This document shows positions 8,477-17,026 of a stretch of DNA of 20,000 nt, piece by piece (position 1 is the stretch's first letter; each line of letters begins with the position of its first letter). A model generated the notes under the pieces. That model saw only the letters and a program-made list of their open reading frames with translations, did no database searches and had not been told where the DNA came from. Both the position numbers and the translations under genes were made by a program. Source of the DNA: an uncultured virus (IMG/VR IMGVR_UViG_3300042868_002089). Taxonomy: Duplodnaviria > Heunggongvirae > Uroviricota > Caudoviricetes. The DNA lies in IMG/VR virus record IMGVR_UViG_3300042868_002089; one strand, 5' to 3'.

Positions 8477-8505
8477 AATATACACGAAAAGAAAAGGGGG
8501 CACAA
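8477..8505 (-). promoter_or_regulatory. Candidate sigma70-type promoter overlapping the capsid terminator
   Basis: Minus strand TTGTGC (8505-8500)-N17-TATATT (8482-8477). Confidence 0.45.
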
Positions 8506-8516
8506 GCCCCCTTTTC
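8487..8516 (-). terminator. Intrinsic terminator after the major capsid gene (possibly bidirectional)
   Basis: 11-bp stem GAAAAGGGGGC/GCCCCCTTTTC with 4-nt loop, followed by a U-tract on the minus strand. Confidence 0.85.
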
Positions 8517-8526
8517 ACAAGTTCAA

Positions 8527-9456
8527 TTAAGAACCTGAAGAACCCCACATACCGAGGGGATCAGACCAGCCGAAGCTATAACGCTCACGGGCTTTGTAAC
8601 GAACGTTACCTGTATCGAAGTCACCGTCCATGCTGTTTTGCAAGGCGATACGCTCGAAATGCTTCATGCCGTTAGGAACGTCGGTCAACAAGTACCAGCC
8701 GTTGCTGTCGGTCAAGAAGTGGTTAACAGTGTAACCTTCAGGGATTGCACCCATCTGCTTCAACGCGTTGATATCGTTGTCAGCAGTAGAAACACGCAGC
8801 TCAGTGTCAAGCAAGCGCTTGGCAACGAACATCAGTGCTGGGGGAACAACCATCTTACGGGGCTTAGCGGCGATCAACAGACCACGCTCGTCCACCCACG
8901 CTGCGATTTGAATCACGGCGTTTTCCAAAGATGTTTCGTTCAAGTCAACGCCAGTTGTTGGGCTGTTGAAGTTCACACCACCGCTAACGAGGGGGTGACC
9001 AACGCGAGTGTTAGAACTGTTGTTGCCGAACAAAGTGACGCCGTCACCGCCCAAGTATGAACCGTTGAAACCGTTGTTGATAACGGAAGCGGCTTTAACT
9101 TGCTTGGTGTAAGACATGGCACGGGCCAAAGCTTTGGTGTAACGTGCAGACAAAGAGTCATACAAGTTATCTTCCACAGCTTCTTCAGTAATACTGAAGC
9201 CCAGAGCGATTGTCTCGTGGTTGTAGCGTGCAGTGAAGGCTTCTTGCGCATTGTCATAGGCAATGGCTTGACCTTCATTCTTGACGGGAGCAGAAGCAAA
9301 GCCAGCAAGCTTTGTCTCTTCTTCGAAGCTACGCTCAGATTTCTCTGTTTCGTAGATTTCTTTGTGCTCTTCGCCGTAGCGAGCGTATTCCATGCCGAAC
9401 AAAGCGTTCAGGCCGGGGAGCAACTCTTTAAGTAGTTGTGCGCGTGAAATAGCCAT
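8527..9456 (-). CDS. Major capsid protein (HK97-fold; Mu gpT-like family)
   Basis: 309 aa, MAISRAQLLKELLPGLNALFG...YKARERYSFGWSDP; strong RBS AAGGAG; follows scaffold and precedes a strong terminator. Confidence 0.88.
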   Translation of the reverse strand: MAISRAQLLKELLPGLNALFGMEYARYGEEHKEIYETEKSERSFEEETKLAGFASAPVKNEGQAIAYDNAQEAFTARYNHETIALGFSITEEAVEDNLYDSLSARYTKALARAMSYTKQVKAASVINNGFNGSYLGGDGVTLFGNNSSNTRVGHPLVSGGVNFNSPTTGVDLNETSLENAVIQIAAWVDERGLLIAAKPRKMVVPPALMFVAKRLLDTELRVSTADNDINALKQMGAIPEGYTVNHFLTDSNGWYLLTDVPNGMKHFERIALQNSMDGDFDTGNVRYKARERYSFGWSDPLGMWGSSGS

Positions 9457-9469
9457 GGTTAGTTACTCC

Positions 9470-10099
9470 TTACAGACCAATTGCAATGGTGTATGAGTGG
9501 TAGCCGGGGTTGAACTTCACCAGCAAATCAGTATAAGCGTCGCCAACTTGGGACTGAGCATTGTTCACGAAACCAACAATGCGGAAAGCAGCGGTCGCGG
9601 CAGTGGCAGAAGCCGACACAGCAACGTTGCTATTTCCTGTGGTTGTAGAACCAGTGCTTGTGCTCTGGATGTTAGCCAAGAACACGTTTTGACCCAAAGC
9701 AGATGCAGCCACAGTGTTGTTAGCTTGCACGGAGAACACAGCGCGGTCGTCATCAATGACAAAAGCAATAGCGTTCACAGCGTTAGCTGGGTAGTACTGT
9801 GAGTAGATCGTTTGACCTTGTGCGTTCACATAGGAGCAACCGACGAAAACGCCGATAGAACCTGTGTTGGTTGCAGAGCCACCGCTTCCTGTGGGGAAGT
9901 AGTTGGTAGTTGCGTCAGCACCAGTCGCAGTCACGAGTTGCAGGTAACCTGACGCAGCCACGTACACCAACGATCCATTAAAGATGTTGACGGCGTAACC
10001 GGCAGGGTCTAGGGGGAACGAGCGAGTGCTACCAGCGTATGGTAGGCCACCCAACTCATTCACGGCTCGGAAGCCGTAAGGGGTTTGTGTAGATGCCAT
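9470..10099 (-). CDS. Putative capsid decoration/cement protein
   Basis: 209 aa, PYGFRAV...IGVFVGCSY...AFVIDD; immediately upstream of the capsid gene; RBS AGGAG. Confidence 0.6.
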   Translation of the reverse strand: MASTQTPYGFRAVNELGGLPYAGSTRSFPLDPAGYAVNIFNGSLVYVAASGYLQLVTATGADATTNYFPTGSGGSATNTGSIGVFVGCSYVNAQGQTIYSQYYPANAVNAIAFVIDDDRAVFSVQANNTVAASALGQNVFLANIQSTSTGSTTTGNSNVAVSASATAATAAFRIVGFVNNAQSQVGDAYTDLLVKFNPGYHSYTIAIGL

Positions 10100-10116
10100 T
10101 TAAGGACTCCTAAAGT

Positions 10117-10572
10117 TTATTTGGAACCAGAACCAAATCCACCACGAGTTGAAGTCGACTTGCGGTCGGCAAACAACGGCATGCGTGGATCATTTTGTCG
10201 CATGAAGCTATTGTCAACTGAGTCCATCTGGTTTTGAGCTTGCTGGTCGTAATAAGCTTTACGGGCTTCGAACTTCTCTTTTGGCATCTTGCAGAGCATG
10301 AGGCCGCCGATTTCGACGTTGCCAGTCTTATCATTTCCAACCATCATCAATTCTGGATGGTCCTCTGCCTTCACCGGCTCCCAACCTTCACGCATTTTGC
10401 GCGATACGTTGGTCACTTCCGACTGTCCCAGAACGTGCGTAGCCACCCAGTGGTACACCCAGCCCGGTTCAGGCGTTGGATCAGGCAAGTTGCTCGGCGG
10501 TACGTATACAGCACGGGCAGATTTTTCGCGTGTCGTCAGATCACGATTTTTGCGGTCGATAGTTTCAGCCAT
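10117..10572 (-). CDS. Conserved head-module hypothetical protein
   Basis: 151 aa, LPDPTPEPGWVYHWV...REGWEPVKAEDHPEL...IGGLMLCKMP; between scaffold and capsid genes. Confidence 0.7.
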   Translation of the reverse strand: MAETIDRKNRDLTTREKSARAVYVPPSNLPDPTPEPGWVYHWVATHVLGQSEVTNVSRKMREGWEPVKAEDHPELMMVGNDKTGNVEIGGLMLCKMPKEKFEARKAYYDQQAQNQMDSVDNSFMRQNDPRMPLFADRKSTSTRGGFGSGSK

Positions 10573-10573
10573 T

Positions 10574-11524
10574 TCAGTTCTCCAGTTTCGCTACTTGTGC
10601 AGCATATTGCTGCGGGGTTAAACCTAATTTCTTCGCCAACGCAACTTGCGTTGTCGTCAGCTTGATTTTTCCTGCGCTCGTAGAACGAGACACAGAGGCC
10701 ACCACTGTTGTAGGTTTCCGTTGAACCTCACCAGACCTTGGCTTGTCTTCGCTTCGACCAAATAGATCAGGAAACGTTGACTTCATGCGAGCATCAATTT
10801 GCTCGAAGTATTCAGCAGAGCGGGGATCCACTCCGTTTGTGACTAGCTTTTGATGCAGCCCTAGTGCGTAGCTGGTGTATTCTTCAAACCCCTGAGCACC
10901 GAACCACTGGTTTTTTGCCTGCCAGCGCAGAGTTTTTTCGTCGGGCTCAACCTTTTCAGATTGGGTTTGTTGCGGTTGTACATCAAATTTTTCTTCCTGT
11001 AAAGGGGTAGGACGATAATTTTTTGTCTGTTCAACTTTAATCTTGGCATCCATCACAGCTTCTTGAGCGGCAATGATGGCATCCGTGTCAAAGGATTCTT
11101 GTGCTTCCTTGAGCTTGCGGCGAGCCATTTCTAGTTCGCTTTCCGCTTTTGACTTGGCGCCAGCAATGATTGCTTCTTGGCCTGTGTAGACGTTTTTCTT
11201 GAGGCGTTTGTTCTCCTCAATCAACTGCTGTGCAAGACGCTCCAGCTCTTGTTTCTCACGCTGTGTCGCTTCTTTGACACGGCGCTCGTCGTGGCGTGCG
11301 TGTGTCAGCTCTTTAATGCGTGATTTAACTTTGTCCGAATAAGACTCAATCTCTTCATCGGTTGGGTCAACAACTTCCTTGTCCAAAGGCTTGCGGCCTC
11401 TGTCTTGGGCAGGCGTGTCGTCTTCAATCTCGATGTCAACATCCCCTTCGCCTTCAATTTCAAACTCGACGTCAGGGGTCTTCTTCGCTTCTACTTCGTC
11501 AGGAAATTTAAATTCGTCTTTCAT
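10574..11524 (-). CDS. Putative capsid scaffolding protein
   Basis: 316 aa, acidic N-terminus, long coiled coil, C-terminal helix QVALAKKLGLTPQQYA; position between portal and capsid genes. Confidence 0.7.
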   Translation of the reverse strand: MKDEFKFPDEVEAKKTPDVEFEIEGEGDVDIEIEDDTPAQDRGRKPLDKEVVDPTDEEIESYSDKVKSRIKELTHARHDERRVKEATQREKQELERLAQQLIEENKRLKKNVYTGQEAIIAGAKSKAESELEMARRKLKEAQESFDTDAIIAAQEAVMDAKIKVEQTKNYRPTPLQEEKFDVQPQQTQSEKVEPDEKTLRWQAKNQWFGAQGFEEYTSYALGLHQKLVTNGVDPRSAEYFEQIDARMKSTFPDLFGRSEDKPRSGEVQRKPTTVVASVSRSTSAGKIKLTTTQVALAKKLGLTPQQYAAQVAKLEN

Positions 11525-11534
11525 AACGTTCCTT

Positions 11535-11984
11535 TTAAGCGCGGGTTAAGCCGCGGGGGTCTTGCACAACAGCATCAACTTGGTCGTCGTTGATGAGACG
11601 GAACTCCTTGCCAAAGATTTTGAATCTTGTGCCGGAGTAAGTACGTACTAACACGAAGTCGCCTTCTTTACACCATGCTCCGTTGGGGAACTTGGAGCTG
11701 TCTTTGTACGCATCGGGGCCTACACGCAATACAAACAACACCGTGGTGGCGTGTTCTTCTTGGCGCATAGTGGCTGTATCTCTCACGAGATCCAGTGACG
11801 TACCAGCAATCTTTTGATCGACTTCAGGCACGATACAGAGCAGCTTCCAACCTGTGGGGGTCGGCAGTGCGCCTGCTTTGTCTTCATTGTCATCATCCTC
11901 GTCTGGGGCGTCCATCGGTTGGATATGTGGCGGCAATGAAATACCGGGGGGCAAAATCAAACCAGATTCAGTGGTTGTCTGCAT
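11535..11984 (-). CDS. groES: GroES/Cpn10-like co-chaperonin
   Basis: PTGWKLL...VLRVGPDAY...CKEGDFVLVRTYSGTRFKIFGKEFRLINDDQVDAVV follows the Cpn10 pattern (V..GD.V....Y.G.....G.E..++.+.DI.A). Start uncertain (11984 or 11990). Confidence 0.8.
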   Translation of the reverse strand: MQTTTESGLILPPGISLPPHIQPMDAPDEDDDNEDKAGALPTPTGWKLLCIVPEVDQKIAGTSLDLVRDTATMRQEEHATTVLFVLRVGPDAYKDSSKFPNGAWCKEGDFVLVRTYSGTRFKIFGKEFRLINDDQVDAVVQDPRGLTRA

Positions 11985-12165
11985 CTTCAACTTTCTTTAG
12001 CAGGTCAAGAACATAACGCTCTGCAAGGGCTAGACCCGAAATAATCCCGCAGAGTTTTTGGTATTCCTCAAATGAGCGACATGCACCGCCAGCCAAGTCA
12101 TCGGCATAGTTGTTCATGTCCCTACGTATTTGGTCGCGCAATACGTGTGCGAAGTCTTGAATCAT
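11968..12165 (-). CDS. Small helical hypothetical protein downstream of portal
   Basis: 65 aa, DDLAGG...FEEYQKLCGIISGL; 4-nt overlap with the portal stop. Confidence 0.7.
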   Translation of the reverse strand: MIQDFAHVLRDQIRRDMNNYADDLAGGACRSFEEYQKLCGIISGLALAERYVLDLLKKVEDADNH

Positions 12166-14660
12166 TTGATTGGTTTAGGTTGGTTTCTGGATGCGTTCTG
12201 CAGTGCTGCAGTCCGCGCTTGCAATTCCGTTTGGGATTTGCTCTTTGCGATGTCGATGCCCATCTGGACACCGGCACGTTCTTGTTCAAACTGGGATTTG
12301 GCTTGGCTCTCTCTGATCTGAGCACCAACGCGCATGGCTTCCAATTCCAGATGACCTTTGACCTTTTGCTCTTCCAGCTCTTGCTTGTCTGCGGCAATTG
12401 CAGCGTCTGCGGCAATCTTCTTCTCTTTGAGTTGAAGCTCTTGCGCCTTGAGCTGAAGCTCTTGCTGTTGCATCTGAACGATGGGGTCCTGCGCCATCTG
12501 CTGAGCCTGCATTTGAGCGGCTTGTGCTTGGCTTTGCTGGAGCACCTGATTGGCCGCCTGAGCCATCATGCCGGACAAGGCAATCTCGATCTCTGGTGGC
12601 AGCTTCTCGTCTTCGGGCGGTAGTGGCATACCGAGTTGTTGCTCGATCTTCTGGCGCATCTGATAGCCAACGTGCTCTGCAATGTGCGCTGACATGCCTC
12701 CCATGATCTTGGCCGCTTGTGGGTTCTGACCAATGAACTGCTGAATCATGGGGTCTTGCATCACAAGCATGTGCACTTGAATGTGGGCTGTGTGATCTTG
12801 ATGCAAGAACGCTTTCATGGGCTTGCCCGTCAGCGCATTCTGGTTCTCCTGCACTGGGTCGGTAGGCTTCATGTCGTCCTCGATCGGCACAAGCTTCTCA
12901 GCATTCTTGATGCCCAAGACGTTGAGCATCCCGCGGTGTAGCTCTGGCAAGTTGTAGATATCAGGAGCCATCTGCGCCATCTGAATCACAGCTTGGTACT
13001 GAACAACGCGCTGAGACATGGTCGCAGCGTTGGGGTCAGACACGGGGATCACGTCAACCAAGTCGTAGTCTGCCTTCTTGGCTTTGCGAGTGCCGTACGC
13101 AGGATCGTACGTGTAGTCTGGGTCTGTGTAGTCGCGGATGATGTTCTTGAGCAGCTTCAACTCTTGCTTCAGAGCAAAGTGCACACGGGCCTGAACAGCC
13201 GTCATGACTTTAAGCTGGCGCTCAAGCAGAGCTAGCGTCGTGCCCACAGGAGCGTTAGCGCTCATGTCGGAGACCTTCATGTCAGCCGTTGCAGCGAAGC
13301 GGCGGCCTTCCTCCACAATGTTCTGCATCAAGTTATACAGAGTAACACTTGGCTCCTTGTACGGCAGAGGCAGGATGCTGTCACGGATGTTGCCAGAGGC
13401 TACGTCGACGTCTCTCCACTCTCCGGGGGCAATCGGTGTGTCATCACCTTTAATGCGAAGTCCGCGCGATTTGAGTCCACCGGGAAGATTAGATAGCGTT
13501 CCTGCGTCAACCAATTGACGCATAAGGCTTGTGGCCGACTTGGCAAAACCACCGATAAGATGGAAGAGTCCAAAACCATAAGCTCCGAATCCGGGGATAT
13601 ATTGGTAGTGTACAAAGTGCTGGCGCTTGAGGCGAAGTTCATCATCTTCATTCCAGTTGCGGCGTATGGACAGAATGTCATTGGTGCCCTTAATGATGGT
13701 TACAACGTACGGCAGCATGATGCCGGTCTCTTCACCATCGTCGTCCACATCTTCGTAGCCGTCAAGGTTCAAGTCAACGTGGCACTCATAGATGGTGTAG
13801 CGGTCGTCGTTCAGGTCGTTAAAGCCTGTCTCTTTATCCTTGGCTTTCTGAATGTCCGTGCGGTCTTTAGGCGCATCAGGCAACTCGATGTCCAAATAAA
13901 ACCCAGCTTGCTGAAGCTTGACGATCTCGTTCTTGGTCTTGCGCATGACGTGCGTGATGCGGTGGCAAGTGTCGAGGTCTGTCGCGCCGTATGGGAGCAA
14001 CATGTCTTCTGCTGGGATGAACATGGAGACTTGACGGCCAAGCGCTGGGTCGAAGTACACCTTCTTAAATGCAGAGCCCGTAGCTGGCAGTGACCACAAC
14101 ATGCGCTCATGCTCAGAGCGATACTCAGTCATGTTCTCAGTCAACTCGAAGTTCATGTCGTCTTCAACGTTGGCCGCTTTCTCTTTGATCTCAGGCGTTT
14201 CTTTACCAATGATCTTGGTACGCACAGGCCCTTGGGCTGGGAACGTCTCTGTGATTGTCTCGGCTTGGAAGCGAACAACAGCTTCTGTAATCATTGGGTG
14301 GAACACACCGCAAGCGCCTTGCCAAGGTTCTGTGCGTTCCTCGATCTGCAGGCCCAAGAGCTTCAGTCCATCAACGTACGTCTTCTCCCACTCTTTGCGT
14401 GAGCCCTTGTCGTTGTCAATATCTGAGACCAAGTCCCCAGCAAGGGACTGCATCGCGCCATCGTCCATGTACTCGGCCAAGTTGTCACTGAAGTCTTCTC
14501 CGTCGTCTTCGTCTGGCTTAATCTTTATCTCCAGCCCGTCCATGCCAATGGTGACTTCTTCGGGATCAACGATCTCGATCTCCAAGGGGGACTCTTGCTG
14601 CGCCAATTCTTCAATGCCAACGGGCTGTTGGAAGAGCGCTTTGTCGATGTTCGTTGCCAT
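12162..14660 (-). CDS. Portal protein (P22-like, long Gln-rich coiled-coil C-terminus)
   Basis: 832 aa directly downstream of terminase; HPMITEAVVRFQAE, GSAFKKVYFD, YGFGLFHLIG, LRQ-like MRQLVDAGTLSNLPGG motifs. Confidence 0.88.
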   Translation of the reverse strand: MATNIDKALFQQPVGIEELAQQESPLEIEIVDPEEVTIGMDGLEIKIKPDEDDGEDFSDNLAEYMDDGAMQSLAGDLVSDIDNDKGSRKEWEKTYVDGLKLLGLQIEERTEPWQGACGVFHPMITEAVVRFQAETITETFPAQGPVRTKIIGKETPEIKEKAANVEDDMNFELTENMTEYRSEHERMLWSLPATGSAFKKVYFDPALGRQVSMFIPAEDMLLPYGATDLDTCHRITHVMRKTKNEIVKLQQAGFYLDIELPDAPKDRTDIQKAKDKETGFNDLNDDRYTIYECHVDLNLDGYEDVDDDGEETGIMLPYVVTIIKGTNDILSIRRNWNEDDELRLKRQHFVHYQYIPGFGAYGFGLFHLIGGFAKSATSLMRQLVDAGTLSNLPGGLKSRGLRIKGDDTPIAPGEWRDVDVASGNIRDSILPLPYKEPSVTLYNLMQNIVEEGRRFAATADMKVSDMSANAPVGTTLALLERQLKVMTAVQARVHFALKQELKLLKNIIRDYTDPDYTYDPAYGTRKAKKADYDLVDVIPVSDPNAATMSQRVVQYQAVIQMAQMAPDIYNLPELHRGMLNVLGIKNAEKLVPIEDDMKPTDPVQENQNALTGKPMKAFLHQDHTAHIQVHMLVMQDPMIQQFIGQNPQAAKIMGGMSAHIAEHVGYQMRQKIEQQLGMPLPPEDEKLPPEIEIALSGMMAQAANQVLQQSQAQAAQMQAQQMAQDPIVQMQQQELQLKAQELQLKEKKIAADAAIAADKQELEEQKVKGHLELEAMRVGAQIRESQAKSQFEQERAGVQMGIDIAKSKSQTELQARTAALQNASRNQPKPIK

Positions 14661-14662
14661 GA

Positions 14663-14833
14663 TTAGTCCTGTACAAATTTGTCTGTATTAAAGCCGTGAT
14701 AGCCGTCAAGCACTTCTGCGCTTACAGAATCAATTAAAATTTTTGTGTGGGGGTTTTTGTTGGCGTTAATCCAAGATATCAACGGCTTTGCCAGCGCCTC
14801 AAACTCTTGCATCTGCTGTTCTTTGTTGTCCAT
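14663..14833 (-). CDS. 56-aa hypothetical phage protein (below the track cutoff)
   Basis: My translation: MDNKEQQMQEFEALAKPLISWINANKNPHTKILIDSVSAEVLDGYHGFNTDKFVQD*; RBS AGGA; fills the terminase-portal gap. Confidence 0.75.
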   Translation of the reverse strand: MDNKEQQMQEFEALAKPLISWINANKNPHTKILIDSVSAEVLDGYHGFNTDKFVQD

Positions 14834-14841
14834 TTGTGTTC

Positions 14842-16383
14842 CTAGTAGTATTCGTACTTCTTACGGCGGAAAAGCTCAATATCTTCTTTCTCGTCCGTGT
14901 CCAGTGTAATAAAGCCGCCTTGCCTAAAGCGTAGCAGCGCCTGTGTTGTGGTGTCCACGTAGTCGTCGTGCTCTCCAACTGGGAAAGCCGCTATCTCTTC
15001 AATCACTTCCCGTGCCCAGCGTGTGTCTGGTGCCCAGACTTTACCACTGCTGAATAAATCCGCAACTGCGTTGACACGCACCATCTTGTCGTTGCCGCGG
15101 CTTGGGCTGAACTCCTGCACCGGTATGCCCAGCGCCCTGAGTTCCTGAATCAGCGGAGCGCCAGCGGCCTTCTTCTCCACGATAAACGCGTCGGGGTCCC
15201 ACTCTTTGTAGTGCTTGAGCGCAATGGTCTTAAGTTCAGGGAACGCCATCCTGTCCTTGAACGCGTCGAGCAATATGAGCTGGGGCGTGTCGTTCTCTTC
15301 CTCGTTGTAGAAGATGCCCCACGTTGTGCATGCCGAATAGTCAGAGTTGTTCTTGGTCTCAAACGCCGTGTCCCACGACTGGATGATGTATTCGCACGTT
15401 GGCGGCTCGTCACTCTCCCAGATTCTCCAGAGCTTGCGGCCAATGATGGCGCTGTTCTCGCTTGTGGGCTGCTGCATGTACTGCGCGTTCCAATACCTCG
15501 GGTCAAGCGACGCCTTGGTGGACTTTAAGGACGCCAGTGGCCACTGCTCTGGCCACAGAGACTTCTCGTTCTCCGTGTCTTCATTCAGAATAGCTGGCAG
15601 CTCCACGATTTCCCATGGCACAGCCTCTGGATTCTTGGCTTGGTAGTCAATCAAGCGCCCAGTCAGGTCAAGCAAGGACCATCTGGTCATAATCACAATG
15701 ATCGCACCACCGGGCATCAGACGTTGCAAGGGGCCAGTCTGGAACCAAGACCAAGCCGTGTCAAAAGCCAGCCGACTGTTGGACTTTACATCTTGTTCTG
15801 AATGAGGGTCATCAATGACGAAAAGATCAGCCCCACGGCCAGCCAGTGCGCCACCAACACCAGCAGCATAATACTGCCCACCAGCAGAAGTCGACCACTT
15901 ACCGGCAGCTTTCTGATCGTCTGCGACCATTGTTTGAGGGAAAACTTCACGATACTCCTCCGAGTCAATCAAGTTACGTACGCGCCGACCGAAATCTTCA
16001 GACAGGCCCGCAGTGTGCGTGCCCATGATGATCTTCTTATTAGGGTATTTACCTAGAAAGTACGCAGGGAACAGGTATGAGCTGAACTCAGACTTACCCA
16101 TACGTGGCGCGATGTTGATAATCACGCGCTTTTTCTTGCCCTCGACCACATCTGTGAAGATTTTGGCCAGCTTCCTGTGGTGCGGCCCGATCTTAAAGCC
16201 CGGATAGACGCTCTGGGCGAACCCTAGCATGTTTGTTTTGGCCGCTTGCAAGCTGGCGCGTTGTTCACGCATCTCCAAATCTTGGAAAAGCTCCATCTTT
16301 TCTGCCAGCGACATGTGCGGCAGTGCCTTGGCCATGGCTTCTAGCTCAAGCTTGCTCAAGGTTGTGAAGTTTTCAGGCTTCAT
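14842..16383 (-). CDS. terL: Terminase large subunit
   Basis: Walker A region APRMGKSE, Walker B LFVIDDPH, coupling motif IMTRW, nuclease acidic residues SWDTAF and HDDYVD. Confidence 0.95.
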   Translation of the reverse strand: MKPENFTTLSKLELEAMAKALPHMSLAEKMELFQDLEMREQRASLQAAKTNMLGFAQSVYPGFKIGPHHRKLAKIFTDVVEGKKKRVIINIAPRMGKSEFSSYLFPAYFLGKYPNKKIIMGTHTAGLSEDFGRRVRNLIDSEEYREVFPQTMVADDQKAAGKWSTSAGGQYYAAGVGGALAGRGADLFVIDDPHSEQDVKSNSRLAFDTAWSWFQTGPLQRLMPGGAIIVIMTRWSLLDLTGRLIDYQAKNPEAVPWEIVELPAILNEDTENEKSLWPEQWPLASLKSTKASLDPRYWNAQYMQQPTSENSAIIGRKLWRIWESDEPPTCEYIIQSWDTAFETKNNSDYSACTTWGIFYNEEENDTPQLILLDAFKDRMAFPELKTIALKHYKEWDPDAFIVEKKAAGAPLIQELRALGIPVQEFSPSRGNDKMVRVNAVADLFSSGKVWAPDTRWAREVIEEIAAFPVGEHDDYVDTTTQALLRFRQGGFITLDTDEKEDIELFRRKKYEYY

Positions 16384-16951
16384 CGGTCTTTTCTTCCGTC
16401 ACATCAACCACGTCGATCACACCCATGAACCTGTTGAGCTTGTCTTTGATCCGAGCTTCAAGCTCTACGTCAGACATCTCGGTCTTCTTGACTTCAACCC
16501 GCTCAGTAAACAGCGCAACTTCCGTCACCTTGCCAAGCATGTCTAGCGCTTTGAGGCGGATGCGTGCGTCTGGGTGTTTTACTTCTTCAAGAATCTTGGC
16601 TACGGCAAAGCCGCGAAGCTCCTTGGCCTGCTCCACAAACGCCCAGTCGTAGGCTGTGAGCATTCCAACCAAATGCTGGACTGCGGCAGGGGTTTTTAAA
16701 TTAGTTAGTGCTTGTTGTGTATTTCCAACAGGCTGGCCTGTGACTAGACTTGCAAAAGATTTACGGGCGGCTTCCTGATCGGCTTTGGTTTCGATCTCTT
16801 CGTCTTCTAGCTCAAGCGCTTTGAGCCAGTCAGAGGTTTTGACTTTGGCGTCAATCGTGGTTGTGGGGTCCGCTTTTTCAAAAGACAGAACCGCCGCCGT
16901 GGCGTCGACCACGTCTGGATGAAACTCGCCGTTAATCAGATGTTCAAGCAT
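16373..16951 (-). CDS. Probable terminase small subunit
   Basis: Directly upstream of and overlapping terL; helical with RLKALDMLGK motif. Likely start ATG 16951 (MLEHLING), since the track's TTG start lies in a promoter-like region. Confidence 0.6.
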   Translation of the reverse strand: MLEHLINGEFHPDVVDATAAVLSFEKADPTTTIDAKVKTSDWLKALELEDEEIETKADQEAARKSFASLVTGQPVGNTQQALTNLKTPAAVQHLVGMLTAYDWAFVEQAKELRGFAVAKILEEVKHPDARIRLKALDMLGKVTEVALFTERVEVKKTEMSDVELEARIKDKLNRFMGVIDVVDVTEEKTDEA

Positions 16952-16977
16952 TGCGTAGGTTGGTGCTGGCGTCGCAC

Positions 16978-17026
16978 TTGTTGCCTCGTTGTCGTTAGTG
17001 TACACTTCTTTTCGGCAGTGGTGCAA
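16978..17026. promoter_or_regulatory. Overlapping divergent sigma70-like promoters sharing a palindromic -10
   Basis: Palindrome AGTGTACACT (16997-17006) supplies TACACT on both strands. Plus: TTGTTG(16978-83)-N17-TACACT. Minus: TTGCAC(17026-21)-N18-TACACT. Confidence 0.5.

Noticed and set aside
8527..16383. Introns, inteins or stop-codon recoding in terminase, portal or capsid genes
   Set aside because: All are uninterrupted and of ordinary length under the standard code; TAG, TGA and TAA all serve as stops in the window.
74..16652. Numerous plus-strand ORFs and alternate-frame minus-strand ORFs in the track across the late region
   Set aside because: They are shadows of the contiguous, RBS-bearing minus-strand genes and show no recognisable motifs.
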